Position numbers and translations under genes: made by a program | Shown here: piece by piece, positions 38,901-51,994 of the stretch | Position numbering within the stretch: the first letter of the stretch is position 1 | Layout: each line of letters begins with the position of its first letter | The notes under the pieces: model-generated | Database searches by the model: none | Told to the model about the DNA's origin: nothing | What the model saw: only the letters and a program-made list of their open reading frames with translations | Assembly: GCF_023055435.1 (NCBI RefSeq) | Contig: NW_025963779.1 | Coordinates: forward strand, 89,590,001 to 89,654,000 | Source: Haliotis rufescens | Taxonomy: Eukaryota | DNA: 64,000 bases | Direction: 5' to 3'

Positions 38901-41900
38901 GAAACCAAAGATTCTCTTTTGTGACCTGAGACTGCAGCGAGGAGAATCCAAGTCATGTGAGTAGAGCTACTTGTGTTTATGGTAGTTCCTTCATCTTCAA
39001 CCCCCGTGGGGGTCCACTACTAAATGGATTGGATGGCACGGTTTAGTGACTTGGCGCATACTGTGTCATTATACCCGGACAGTGTGGATTGTTGCCCATC
39101 ATTACTGGATTGTCTTGTCCAGGACGGATCATTGACAGCTTTCCATCATATAGTTGATACAGTGCTGAATGTTGCGTTAAACAACAAACAACTACCAGTA
39201 CGTTAAGCACTATACCAACTGTATGAAGGAAGGCTGTCAATAATTAGGCCTGGACAAGACAATCCAGTGATTATGAGCAATGAGCCACACTATCCGGGGA
39301 TGATGACACACTTAGAGCCAAACTTACCTTCCTTGATATCAGGGGTAGTCGGTAAGCCCAGTAAGTGGGTTCTTTCCCTTGCCATGTACAGGGCTGGGTT
39401 TGATACCACATTGAACAGTGTTGTCAATGGCTGTCAGTGACAGTGCCTCATAGCAACACTAGCCTTGGTAACTCACTGCTGTGCAATGCTCCATTTTCAA
39501 GTAATATTAACATCAGAATGTATGAGCAGGGATGTACCTATGGTTTCAGTCTCTGTCTTTGCCAGACAACATGGACAAAGCTTGATAATACATTATTTGG
39601 TCCATTTGGGATTATTGGGATTTTCCTAAGAATTGAGAGATATTTTGACATTGCCTTCAATGAAATATTGTAGGACAATGAAAGCCCTTTTCTCTGTTTG
39701 GACCTGTTGTTTGTGAAGTACACTTTGGCTGCAAGGCTACAACATCATTTAGGGTTATGATGACCGGAACTGGTCAATTTACATTCATTTTGCCTTATTT
39801 CTGACATTTGTCTTAAATTTGGGTCTCTGTAACATCCACTGAAAATGCCCAGAAACATTCCTACGTGATATATACTACTTAAACAAGTTAAAGAACATCT
39901 ACGATTGGAAGCCTGTATGTTGCAATACCCATCAGCCAAGACAGATTAACTATAGTCATATGAACAAATCAAGCATTCTTTAACTTCTTTTGAGTCGTAT
40001 TATTAGCGTCACTGAAACATAAATACCTTGACACCATTGTGAAAAGTACTATGGATGTTCAAGTGCATGGGTTCGTTATTCAATTTCAGTCACTTTCCAA
40101 GATGCCATTCCCACCGATGCACCTCCATCATTCCGCGGACAGGCGGTGAAATACTCGTACAAGGTGATCATTGGGACACAGCGCCTGGAGAACGTGACCA
40201 AGATGTTGAGAATCCCCTTCAGAGTGATGGTTCTCTATGGTGAGTAGGGCTGAATATACAGACTCAAGGCATGAAATGACATGTGTTGCCATCCTTGGAT
40301 GTATTCCAACTTTAAATTTCAGAGGAAATACAAATCTTAGTTTTTCACAATTTTTCTTCTTCAAATGTTTTTTTAGATATAAACATGATAAAGTTTCTAT
40401 ATATTTTTGCCAGAATTTAAGATAAAATAATAGATAAATCAACACATATGCCAAAGTCAGAAACAAGAGGTGTAAAGATCTCAAAATTGGGGAACATCTT
40501 ATGTGCTTCCTACAGCAGTGTGATTGATCCAGAAACCAGTGCCTTGGGAAGATGTTGGTTTGTTCCTGGGTTTATTGTCAGAGGTAAATATTGGTGTTTA
40601 TTGCAGGTTTAAATGACATCAGCGTATATAATGAGTCTGAAGAGTATGCACCGAGTAACCCCTTCCTCAACAACCAACAGAAGGAGAACTCTGTACTGGA
40701 CATCGCACTGCAGGTCCTTTCAACCGTCACAGCAAGGAAAGCCCCACGTATGTAGCAGTGCAGGCCACAGTAGGGGAATGAATTAATGAATCGTGTTTTA
40801 CACCACATCAGCAATTGTCAGCTATTCGCGGCTGTAGGGGAAGGAGCAATAGACTCAAACTTGTAGTATGTCAGCACGGAAGACACATGTTGCTCCTTGA
40901 GATGTACACTCTTTGTAGAACCAGGCTATGTTTGGACCCCCACAGTCCATTGCTTGTTGTACGAACTAACTAAATTGTAGTGTTAAAAAATTACACTGAG
41001 AGTAATGAGGTCCATTTCATTACCCTAATGTTATAAGTTAATAATTAATGTGTTCATACAAAAACTATAGTTTGTGAGCATCTTTACCTTCCCACAGTTC
41101 TTATTTCCCAGCTGTATTCGACATATCTAACTCAACACAGGGCACATTAACTGTGCAGAGTTGCCTCCCTTGGGCAATTGGGCAGGCCAGAAAATTATGA
41201 CTGTTGGTTTGAATCCCGATTCACTCCAATAATGTTTTTAGGTTTGTCTGCACCATACCCATGCTCATGGCTTTCACCAAAGTGGTTAACGTCTGAGACC
41301 TGCATCACTTTGGGCTTTCATTCCAAAGTAAGCTGAAACTTGAATACTGTTAAAAGCGGTGTTAAACCTGAACACTAGTTTCACACAGCTTCCATTTCCT
41401 TGGATCAGTAGATTACTGGAGGGAAAGTGGGAGATTTATGGAAGTAGTGTTACAACCTGCAGTAGATGTAAACTTGTGAATGTGTTCTGATAGTAAATGA
41501 TAATGTGTGAACTATGAGTTGTGATGTTATGTGTGTTTTTCACTGTTGTACCTGTTATATGTCATAACAGTGTATATTAAGACATGGTACCAAAGTCAAC
41601 TATAGCTAGTTTAACTTGTCACAAATGTAAAGCCATCAGCAGTCAGCACATAGCCATTCCCAATGCATTGACAGCAGGATCAGATGTACTACCCCCGGTG
41701 CTTGTCTTCCAGATTCCTACAACATTACCAATGCGAGGGGACGTGTGGCCAAGTTTCTGTTGTTCAAGCAAGCCTACAAACTAGGGGAGGACATAGTGGG
41801 GATATTCGACTTCTCTGATGGCACAGTTCCCTGTGTGCAGGTGAGCTAAGACCTCGTTTGTCACTTGCTCTGTAATTGTGATGATAGACATTAGCTCTAA

Positions 41901-43793
41901 TGGTTGTATAGAGCTGATTGGTGTGAACATATTACTTGTGTATTTTAGTAGCCCAGCTTGATTTATCTGCTTTCCAGTTTATTCATTCCAGCTTATTTGT
42001 CCTTTAAACCAGTAGGATGTGTTATATCCATTATTCCTAGCACTGCTTGGAGGTCAGACAATTCGATTTGGATGAGAGGGGAGTGAGCTTTGGTTCTCAG
42101 TTTTGCGTCAATCCCTGTGGTATAAATCAGTTAGCACCAGGCTGTATGGACTGAAACACTCTCAGCTGACACATCAAACTTTGAAAGGCCAAAATGTCGT
42201 TGAGGGGGTGCTAAGCCAAACATAATTAGTTGGAAGAGAATATGTGACTACAAATTGTGATCAACCTTGATTATAGCATCTTTAGTTAATCCTTAAGCAT
42301 GAGCAATATTTGCCCCCTGAGATACTGCTGATACATCATTGTGTTTATCATATCTCTCTACTTTGTTTTGACCAGTGGATACCACTGAGAAACAATGGGT
42401 GATTTCGGATACCTTCGAGTTAGGTTGTTTGGTAGTCAGAACCACATCACTTACCGAGTCATGTAATAAATTGTAGAAACAATGGTTGATCTCTTCTTGT
42501 AGTACTCGGTCACACTCCAGAGTGAGGAACAAATTGCAGAGGAGTGTCGCAGGAAACCCAGCCAAGGGACAGCCATTACATCTTATGTCAAGCACCAGGA
42601 GATGTGTCTCCACACACTCAGAACAAATATCACAATTCCACTTCCTCTCACAGCATCGCCAGGGTTCATAACAGATATAGGTGAGATGCAGGTGCAATCA
42701 TACAGATTACATTATGGCAGCAGTCTTTTTCTTGGGAAATATGGTTGGTCCAGTTGACTTGGGGAATACAGGTGGACTTGGGGAATACAGGTGGTTCAGT
42801 TCGCTTGGGGAATACGGGTGGACTTGGGGAATATGGTGGTCTTGTGGACTTGGGAAATACAGGTGGTCCAGCTGACCTGGGGAATACAGGTGGTACAGTG
42901 GACTTGGGGAATATGGGTGGTCCAGTTGACTTGGGGAATACAGGTGGTCAAGTGGACTCGAGGAATACGGATGGTCCAGTTGTCTTGGGGAATACAGGTG
43001 GTCCAGTGGACTTGAGGAATACGGGTAGATTTTGAGAATACGGTGGTCCAGTGGACTTGGGGAATATGGTGGTCCAGTGGACCGGGGAAATATGGGTGGT
43101 CCAGCTGACATGGGGAATACGGGTGATCCAGAGGAATTGGGGAATATGTGTGGTTCAGTGGACCAAGATGCAGCAATTCACTGTGCAGAGTTGTGTCCCT
43201 TTGTTGGACCAGGATTTTGCTGTTATTGGGATCAATTCCGATATTAGTTATGATTATGATCAGCAACACATCCATTCATGTGTTTCACAAAGTAATGATA
43301 TAGAACATTCTAGCATTGCTGTAGTAACTTAGAAGGATGATAAATCGATTTCAGATTCAAAAGTATGTATTGCAATGATTGAGGTTTTAGTGTATCTTTA
43401 ATTTTGAATAACAACTAAGTTGTTGATGGTTGTTTTGTAAACCATTGTCAACAATGTTTGTTATTCAAATAATAAGAAATTTGTGTTATTCAAATGATAA
43501 TGAATACTGATACAATAAACGCTTGTCCAACTTGCTAAAACAAATAATCCATGATCTGTCTCTGTGTGCCAGTGTGTCTGCGATGGAGATTACACTTCGA
43601 GTTTGTGACATCGTGTGACCCGGTTGAGGAGGTGGAGATGGCGAAGACTGACGACGGCTCCACATGGCGAGGTCCTCCGACTATGAACGTTGAGACGATG
43701 GTGTGGGACATGCCTATCAAAGTGTTCCCCACGAACCCACTCCACGCTTCCAGTGTGACGCTGATGAAGACGGGTTCAACAATACGAGTGTGA
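35810..43793 (+). CDS. RGP1: RAB6A-GEF complex partner protein 2 (Rgp1 family), complete 8-coding-exon gene, ~386 aa
   Basis: 8 GT-AG exons sum to 1161 nt in phase. Motifs [57 protein letters not shown] and [10 protein letters not shown] match remembered RGP1 sequence. Confidence 0.95.
36152..36737. repeat. Fold-back element with ~80-bp inverted arms in RGP1 intron
   Basis: aaacaaagatctgaggacatcccattacgggtca... (36181) pairs with ...tgacccgtaatgagatgtcctcagatctttgttt (~36707). Confidence 0.75.
37234..37651. mobile_element. hAT-type MITE
   Basis: TAGGGCTGGGA...TCCCAGCCCTA termini; 8-bp TSD acgcggtg/acgtggtg; subterminal tacccg repeats. Confidence 0.8.
37715..38070 (+). mobile_element. CORE-type SINE-like element with (tta)n tail (3' fragment also at ~11980-12115)
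   Basis: tccttggcaagtgacttt...gcctctgttcacctggctgtgaatggg resembles the CORE domain; gcgatataaat...(tat)n tail. Confidence 0.6.
38139..38287 (+). CDS. RGP1: RGP1 coding exon 2 ([16 protein letters not shown]...FVPTK)
   Basis: Within ORF 38080-38340; ttccag| and |gtcagc. Confidence 0.93.
38873..38956 (+). CDS. RGP1: RGP1 coding exon 3 ([28 protein letters not shown])
   Basis: Conserved motif; canonical splice sites. Confidence 0.94.
40090..40239 (+). CDS. RGP1: RGP1 coding exon 4 (...[22 protein letters not shown]...[10 protein letters not shown])
   Basis: Conserved motif; tttcag| and |gtgagt. Confidence 0.95.
40607..40747 (+). CDS. RGP1: RGP1 coding exon 5 (GLNDISV...APSNPFL...TARKAP)
   Basis: Phase-consistent; ttgcag| and |gtatgt. 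Confidence 0.9.
41713..41840 (+). CDS. RGP1: RGP1 coding exon 6 ([13 protein letters not shown]...YKLGEDIVG...PCVQ)
   Basis: Conserved motif; ttccag| and |gtgagc. Confidence 0.94.
42503..42680 (+). CDS. RGP1: RGP1 coding exon 7 (YSVTLQSEE...HQEMCLHT...SPGFITDI)
   Basis: Conserved motif; ttgtag| and |gtgaga. Confidence 0.94.
42730..43165. repeat. ~30-bp G-rich minisatellite in RGP1 intron 7
   Basis: Unit ggtggtccagtggacttggggaataca. Confidence 0.9.
43573..43793 (+). CDS. RGP1: RGP1 coding exon 8, terminal ([14 protein letters not shown]...[17 protein letters not shown]...stop)
   Basis: ORF 43551-43793; tgccag| acceptor. Confidence 0.95.
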
Positions 43794-43872
43794 TCATAAC
43801 ATTTCAATCAAACAAACATTTCCAATTAAGTGGTCACCTGGTGTGATCGTAAGTTTAGTTTTTTTTCTATTA

Positions 43873-44223
43873 CCGTATTTGACATAATAAGCGCCCAGGG
43901 CACTCTCAAAATTAGAAATAGGGGGCTCTTATTAGACTATTATTTTGGTGGAAAAAAAACATAGTCGAAAGATAAATTTCGTGGTTTATACTGACAGCCT
44001 GAAATGTTTATATATATATACGAGAGATACATATTTTCGGAATTTAATTGCCCATAATTAGGGTGCATATAACAAACGAGTTCGTATTATATGTGAATAA
44101 ATAAGTGTTGTGTACACTGATCTATCGGAAGGGGTGCTAATTTGGATTGTTCACTGGCCAATATATTACCAAATATCACTGTGGGCGCTTATTAGAGCGG
44201 GGCGCTTATTACGTCGAATACGG
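43873..44223. mobile_element. pogo/Tigger-type MITE just after the RGP1 stop codon
   Basis: TIRs ccgtatttgacataataagcgccc / gggcgcttattacgtcgaatacgg flanked by TA. Confidence 0.78.
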
Positions 44224-44567
44224 TATGACAGTTTGTTGTGGAGGATTGTGTGGAGGTCCTTGCAACAAGCTTATGGTGAGGGGTATTTACAGGGGGCATG
44301 GGGTATATACTGAAGGAGGACCATATGGAACAGGACTTTACCGTGAGCTGAATGTGTTGGAGCTTGGAGCCTTGAATATGTATTATGAGTCATGTGCGTC
44401 TATGGCAGGGTGTACAGGAGTATCGTCTGATCGTAGGATTTCGGACATCATATGTTTTCGGACGGCCATGGTTATCGCGATTATTCACGCTATAACAAGG
44501 GGTGTGGTGTCACACAGACATTGTAAATACTCAGATGATGATCTGGTTTTAAGATAAAGTCGTCTTT

Positions 44568-44763
44568 GATTGTGGGCTCGAATCCCGGTTTGCCCCGATT
44601 GTTTCTAGGTTTGTCAGCACCATACCCGTGCTCGTGGGATAGACCGAAGTGGTAAACGTCTGGGACCTGCATCACTTCGGGCTTTCCTCCCACATTAAGC
44701 TGACACGCTGTGATATAACTGGAATACTGTTAAAAGCGACGTTAAACCCAACTCACTCACTCA
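44568..44763 (+). mobile_element. SINE family B, 5'-truncated (other copies ~125-220, ~2375-2545, ~41145-41372)
   Basis: Matches 31383-31665. Confidence 0.82.
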
Positions 44764-45053
44764 TGTCATGTCAATAACACATGAAGATGATTATACAGAG
44801 TGAATCTATACACAATGAACATTGACCGGCTTGTGCAGATACTGATGACTCAGTGCAATGTGCTTAGTTCATTCGTCATTGAAGGGACTCAACTGTGGTG
44901 AAACTGATTTTTTACAAAATATATATATAAGTATTGGCAAAGTTATTGTACATAAAACAATACATTTTTTATGTTTATCTAGCTGTTTTGTAAATATGTT
45001 GTGTCAGCAGTCATGTGATTGTGTATTAATCCTGCAGCCCTTTACATGTAATA

Positions 45054-45394
45054 TACTCACTGCCAAAAGAAACATGAACTATAGAAACATATGAAGAAGT
45101 ATGTACGTTAAGAAGGAAAGTTTCTCACGTGTACCATGTAATGAGTGTTATCACAGAGTGTCTATATTCTTATCACGATATGCTGTGCGTGATTTCCAAC
45201 CTTTACACGCTTATCCTGCACGAGATAAATGGTGCATCTCATGTCATGGATCTATGATGTCATGAGTGTCAGTTCACACAACATACCAGTATGTTCGTTT
45301 GTGCATCAAACCAATCTTATATCTCTTGAACATGAATAAGTCTTCATATATTAACCAACATGTATGGTATTTGCATTTCTTTTGTTGGTGAGTA
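45054..45394. mobile_element. Tc1/mariner-type MITE, same family as 14262-14589
   Basis: Collinear similarity and TIRs. Confidence 0.78.
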
Positions 45395-46099
45395 TGGTGA
45401 GTATACTTTGTATAATTATAGATGTCACTTTGGTGTTGGTAGTAGCTGAAGAGAGCATGGGTGCTTCTGTATCAGATTGTGAGGTTTAGAATCCCATGAC
45501 TCAAATATGATTTGTTCATTGAAGATGCCATGTCATGCCATACTCTTGTTTCAAAGTTATTAGGATGCCCTTCAACATGGTGCGTAGTATATTGTGGCCA
45601 TCAGGTCATTTTGAATGAAACTAGTAAAGGAATGATGACAAGAGTATCACAACATCATGAATCTTGGTTCAGTGATTTTAAGAAACAAAGTGCTTGCTGG
45701 TAAGCTTGTTCAAAAATAAAATAGTCTGTACATTTGTGCCATTACCCAGTCAGTGTTCACTAGTTGTAGTATTCTTAGCTTGACTCTCAAACTTCAACTC
45801 TTTTCACTGATTTTGTCCCTTCAAAAGTCTCATGAAATGTTTCATCAATATTTTCTTACCTTAATATGATCACTAATTCAGGAAGTGTGTTTATAAGCCT
45901 AGTTGTATGTCATGAAGTACCTGAGGGTCATATGGGTATTTCTACTCTTGTGCTAATCTTTTACTCTGCCATAACTTGGTCATGTTCTTTTGTATCTGGA
46001 CATTTATTGACATTTTCAGTGTTGTAAAAATGTACATAACTTGTAGTAAATTAGGTATGAATACATGGACTGAGTTTTGTTGTTGTATTGATGTCATGT

Positions 46100-47050
46100 A
46101 TTTTATACATATGCACACACTCATCATTAGATCCAACTCCATTTGTATGACAAAGGAAATACAAGAGGCTTCAAGAAGTTCACAGACAGAATTTTCAAAA
46201 ATGGAGAAATCAGACCGACATACTCATGAAGGCTGCAAAATTGAATCAAATTACGAGCACAATCTCGGAAAATAAAAACAACACTTGACAACTTATGCAA
46301 ATCACAAAACGTCTGATTGATCTTTGAGCTATGAAAACCAAAGAGTCCAAACATCAGGCTGACTCGCTGGCACGGTTCTTCATACACAAAGTCAAGAGTC
46401 TCAGAGCTATCATATCAGCAAGGGGCGGTCGGGTAGCCTAGTGGTTAAAGCGTTCGCTCGTCACGCCGAAGACCCAGGTTCGAATCCCGACATGGGTACA
46501 ATGTGTGAAGCCCATTTCTGGTGTCCCCCGCCGTGATATTGTGGCGTAAAACCAAACTCACTCGCTCATATCACCAAGCAACCCTGAAACGGCAGATGCA
46601 CTTGTTTTTGACCAATCTTTCGATGGCGCTCATTTAGATTCATTTCCTGGTGTATCTGTTAAGTAAGTACATGTAATTGATTATAACATCACTCCCGAAA
46701 AAGCCGTCCCTTGACGAAACCATCATCTCCATCTACAGGTCCATCTCAAATCTCCCATTTCTCTGGAAAATTCTTGAGAAGATAATGTTGCCACGACTCC
46801 AGCAACACATTAACCATCATAACCTGGGCGAAGTGTTCCAATCTGCCTACAAGTCTAACCAAAGCACCGAAACTGCTCTCTTAAGAGCACAGAACGATAT
46901 TCTCACGTCCATGGACAGACAGGAGATTGTTTTTCTAGTTCTGCTAGATCTGTCAGCTGCTTTCGAAACCATCGACCATGGTATATTGCTACAAAGGCAT
47001 GGACATCATTTAGGAATTACAGGCACAGCCCCAGCGTGGGTGCTATACAA
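46100..47050 (+). mobile_element. L2/CR1-clade LINE ORF2 fragment
   Basis: KKPSLD...YRSISNLPFLWKILEK...FQSAY--NQSTETALL...LLDLSAAF-TIDH (RT domains 0-3). Confidence 0.85.
46422..46565 (+). mobile_element. tRNA-derived SINE (family A) inserted in the LINE fragment
   Basis: A box tagcctagtgg, B box ggttcgaatcc, (actc)n tail, ~12-bp TSD tcatatca(g/c)caa. Confidence 0.88.
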
Positions 47051-47129
47051 AGCCATTATTAATATGTACGGATTAAAATAAAAAATGCTGCAAAGAGGGC
47101 TTGGGTGATCCTGGCACCGTCAGGCTGGT

Positions 47130-48540
47130 TAGGCTCATCATCAGCTCAGGGCCCTTGCCCCCTCTACACGCAGCCCAGACTTCTCCCAGGAAGCGTTACC
47201 CAGGCAAACTCGATGCAGTAGTCGTTCAGATAGCCTCTCTTTGAAAAACAGTCTGGGCAGATTTGATATGGCACTTCGCTTGGTTGACACTCATTTCTGT
47301 ACCATCCAGCAGTACAGAACCATAAACCATATCAACACTGACATTGAGATATTGTCCCACATCCTTGGCTCGTTTACGAAAACTGTGGAATGCCTTGTTT
47401 TCTTCGCGAGTCTTGACATGCTTCACAAGAGGATCATTAGGCAAATAATTGTGTGCAAAAGTGCACAAAACAATTCTATCATGAAGAGACCCAACATTAA
47501 TCAAACCACGCCCTCCCATTATGATTGGTAAATATAAGCGATTGAGGGAAGAACGAGGGTGGTGGGATCTATTGTCTGCCATCATCAGCCCTTGCCCCCT
47601 CTAGTCAGTTGCAGCCCAGACAGCGAATGGGACTTCTCCAAGGAAACGCAACCTAGTCAAAACCACCCAGAACTTTTCGGAGAATGTGAAGACTCCCCAA
47701 CACTGCAGCCTTCCGCATTACCCAGATTATCAGAAGATCTGTATTCCTGGTAGTAAACCCGGGTACTCTCCCAATGTCAGTCAACAGATTGGGAGTTACC
47801 ATACCTAAGGCACCGAGAACAATCGGGAGTCGGACAACTTGGAACTTTGGATGCAAGCGTGACATTTCAAAAGCGAGGTCTGCATATTTGCCATGTTTTT
47901 TCCTGAATCTTGTCAATCACATTAGTGTCAAAAGAGACAAAATTCAATAATATGTATGATAGCATTAGATTTATCAAAAGGGACAAGATCAGGTTTGTTG
48001 GCCCGGATACGTCTGAGGCTGTATACGGGCCTATTCCAAAGAATTTTGTATATATCATTTTTCCACGACGCCCTCTACATATTCCGGGTCGTACCGTGGA
48101 TGGACTGTCCATCATGTCGCTTAAGATACTGTGTCTGTGCCAAGGCTGGGCATCCACTGACAATGTGTTGGACAGTCTCATTAAATTCATTACATAATCT
48201 ACAATTCATATTCACACATTGACGGTTTCGGGTGGGAAGTGACTGGTCCTGAGCAGCAAACAGAAAGCCTTCTGTTTCACTTTTCAGGCCAGCCGACCTC
48301 ATCCAAGCGAAGGACTCTGTAGGGCTGCTGATCTTCTCAACACAAACTGAAAAACTGAGTCTGGGCCGACTTGATATGGCACTTCGCTTGGTTGACACTC
48401 ATTTCTGTACCGTCCAGCAGTACAGAAACATTAACAAAATCAACACTGACATTGAGATATTGTCCCACATCCTTGGGATGTTCACGAAAACTGTGGAATG
48501 CCTTGTTTTCTTCGTGAGTATTGACATGCTTCACAGATTG
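47130..48540 (-). mobile_element. R4/Dong-like REL-endonuclease non-LTR retrotransposon, two rearranged 3' fragments
   Basis: LYLP---GGRGL, ETEGFLFAAQDQ, CRLC...ETVQHIVSGC (CCHC), KYADL...PIVLGALG (REL); 47250-47430 duplicates 48350-48536. Confidence 0.82.
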
Positions 48541-51454
48541 TCATTATGATTATGATGATGATGATTATTATTATCATCATCAGCAGCAGCATTATGATGA
48601 TGATGATGATGCACACGCACATGTCCATGTATAATCCCTTTATCCTCATTAATTAAGTTAAAACCGAAAAAGAAATACATATACAACTATACTGAAAATA
48701 AAAATGAGTTCTTAAACTTGTTCTTGCCATAAAATGCGCCGCCGCAAGATATAAGTTATTGAAAACTCATTAACACCGCTCGGTTTATTCAACCACATTA
48801 TAATAGACTATGTAGAGATAATAAAATCCCTGAAAGGAGCTTACTAAAATATATCAACGCTTAACCTGGTGGACCCTGGCATATCACGGGGCATATCTTG
48901 TGACGGTATATCTTGCAACTGGATCTTGTCACATTATATTGAGACGTGTCCGTAAACTTTGTGGTGTTGAATCCTCAAGGTAGGTCGACTGTATTATTGT
49001 GGCTCATCTTCAGGTTGTAAGATAAGAACGAAGGCGTGTTCGTAATATATATGTAATTAGATTTTTTTGTCTTTGGTTATACTTACGCGTACAGATGTTA
49101 TAACTAGTGGGTAATTTGACAAAATGCAATGTTTATACTTAGTTTGGGTAGAGCAAGAGTTGAAAATGTTTTCCCGGATATTTCATGACCATTTCGTATT
49201 TAATTCACCTGACAACAATTTCGTACCTTTATTATGAACAGTAAATATGAAAATAATCCCAGGTAATTATGCCCGAGAAGCTGTTTCCTGCTCTTTCCTG
49301 ATTGCCCTGGATTACATCTGAGCTCCATGCATCAATATATAGGAGAGTTAGGTTGATGCACATGCAATGCTGAGAGTTTAAGATGTTTTGTTTCTTATCA
49401 TAATGGTATTTTACGTGCATTTGATCATTAATTCTTGAGCGACACGAGTCAGTCGGGGTTACATTTCTTGCAACCAGTGTTAATCAAGGAGTACCCGAAA
49501 TAAAACGCATAAGGTGCAATCCTAGATACGATACAAAATGGCAGGCCAAAACAACAACCATGTTTATCATACCTCCATGTCAGAATGATGAAATCTGATT
49601 GGTTCACGTGATCTTGATAAACTATGATGTATCCCGCTTTGGAAAAAAACGTTTCTCAGCGGGAGAACAAATCACTTAAACCCCGTCACAACATGACAGG
49701 CTGCACGTGGATTTCTGGGAGAGAGAATAAATCCCTTTTACTCGGCATCGAAGCAAAAAGGCGCACACTTTTTACGGAGTCCGTGAAAGACAAGTTGAGC
49801 CAAGCTCGATTGAACAGTTGTTTTCTGTCAATTTTGAATTTGTTTGAATTATATTACAGCTCTTGGTATAAAACACGGGACGCATAAAACGACATGTACC
49901 CCGAGTGATACTGCTAAAACGTATAGTATTGTTATGAAAGAAGTTAACAAGAGATTCAATGCTTGACTCCAAACATGCATAATTGATTCTAATTAAAGTA
50001 CATTTGAATTTATGTCTACAGTCGAAAGTTAAATGTCCCAGGCGCATCTTGGAATAAATATAACATACATATATAAAATCAATACCAATTTTATTATATT
50101 CATAAAAATGCTTTTATTGATGATTGAATCAATAAATGAAACAAATTAGCTTTAAGGAGGCTGCTAACAAGTGTACCGCACCCTAGGGGTTCAGTAGGTA
50201 TGGACAATTTAGGTCAACCGAAGAATGACGTCAATGTTAACATGTGCTAACGCTGGTCAGCCAAGGTTAACTTGGGTAATACCTTGGTCGACACGCTATA
50301 TGTCCAGGGTTTTGAAATTGAACGCAAGTACTGATAAACCAAGGTTAATTTGGGTTATTAATATATTGATCAACACGGGTTCACCTGGGTCGCCCAGGGT
50401 TTTGAAATCGAACACAAGCTGTGATATGAAGAGGCCGGGCCCAGCTTGAGCCATGTCTTCACGTTGTTACTTGTCGACTTCCAAATAGAAACAAGTTAAC
50501 CCAGAAATCTATACATTAAAGAACTTAGTGTGAAACGAACAAACAACAAATAAATGGTATACAATTAACAATTGTATTACATAATTTACTAGGTATACAA
50601 TTTAATACAAATTACTGCACAGCAATTATAAATGTATTACACAACAGAGTAGCAGTACAAATTTCAATGGCAGTACAATTACAATGACGCTATAAATAAT
50701 ATGACAGTGCCCCTAGCAGCAACAGTGGGCAAGCTTCAAAAACAGGCCAAGGCTGGATATCCAGAGTGAAAACAATGATCTTGATGCTTGATGTAATGTG
50801 AGATGTAATTTTGAGATAAGAGAGGCAATTTCTCGCTCCCTTATACATGATATAAATACCCATGCTGGATGACTCCAAAAGTATCTAAATTGAGTAACTT
50901 TCACACCCCTGCTTACATCAAACAGTACAACATTATCGACAAATAACCATTGTTAAAACACAATGCAAAGAACTTCTACTGAGTCTCACAGATACAATGT
51001 GATACAATTACAACATTTTTTTAACAAAAAATATAACAACGCAGAGGTATCGAACAACAAGATCTGAATTTATTGGCCATCTTGGTAATTCAAACTTGAA
51101 AACCTTACTGCATCATTGTAACATGCAGAAGGTGTATGACCACCCCCCAAAGTCATATGTCAAGTGGTTCTGCAGAAGGAAAGGTTGCCGCGAAGGCTAT
51201 ACACTTCACTAAAAAAATTTAAATGTCAGCTTTACAGTTATCACGTCGAGCAGGTACTGCAAAAATGATATTGATGTGTTAAATACTATTTGAGACTAGT
51301 AATTTGATATTTTAGAATGTATATAAAAATATAATGTTGCAGAAAATGCTTTTAAAATAATTTGACCTTAAGTTTTTGCTCAAAATAAAACAAAATATGT
51401 ATTTCGTTCTGATACTCTTCAGTAATCTCGTTGTCACATCTTTTCTATAGAAAT

Positions 51455-51994
51455 ATGCTCATCCACGTGCACGTATATGAGATAAATGGCAGAGAACTCA
51501 ACTATGACCTGAAAGTGAACAGGAAGGATTCCCTAAACACACTGATGATGGACCTACAAGAGAAGACAAACAGCACTTACTACTTTCTTTTTCACAATGT
51601 CGAAGAACTGAATCTCAACATGACCTTTGATGATTGCGATATATAAGATGGAAGTACGATTGTGGCTACACCCGATGATCATTATGGTAGAGTCGGAGGT
51701 TTGGGACCACGACGTTGGATTTCGAAGACTGACCGTGGAGAAGTGATGATACATAGATCGTTACGCATGGAAACAACAGTGAAGACTCTGAGGAAGTCGA
51801 TATCCGAGCAGATTGATACTCCACTTGAAAAGTTAAAGTTTGTCTTTGATGGAACCGAATTAGAGGATACTAAAACAATTGGCGAGTTGGGGATTGAAGA
51901 ACCGGATATTGGAAACTACGGCATCAGACTGGAACCAGTGTACAATGCAAACAGAGAGAAAACTGGATTCAAGTTGGTGCTGGAGAGACAATGA
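51455..51994 (+). pseudogene. Tandem two-ubiquitin-like-domain gene (~179 aa) with one in-frame TAA at 51644-51646
   Basis: ORFs 51431-51646 and 51662-51994 share a frame. Ubl-like motifs TFDDCDI*DGSTI and TTVKTLRKSISEQIDTPLEKLKFVFDGTELEDTKTIGELGIEE. Acceptor ttctatag| before ATG; AATAAA near 52372. Confidence 0.7.

Noticed and set aside
42681-43332. Gly/Pro-rich repeat ORFs in RGP1 intron 7
   Set aside because: Products of the ~30-bp minisatellite. The RGP1 frame is complete without them.
46422-46495. tRNA gene (Asp-like)
   Set aside because: It continues into a SINE body with tail and TSD, has several diverged copies, and lacks a proper acceptor stem.
51644-51646. Selenocysteine or programmed readthrough
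   Set aside because: The codon is TAA, not TGA, and no SECIS was recognised. A point mutation or base error is simpler.
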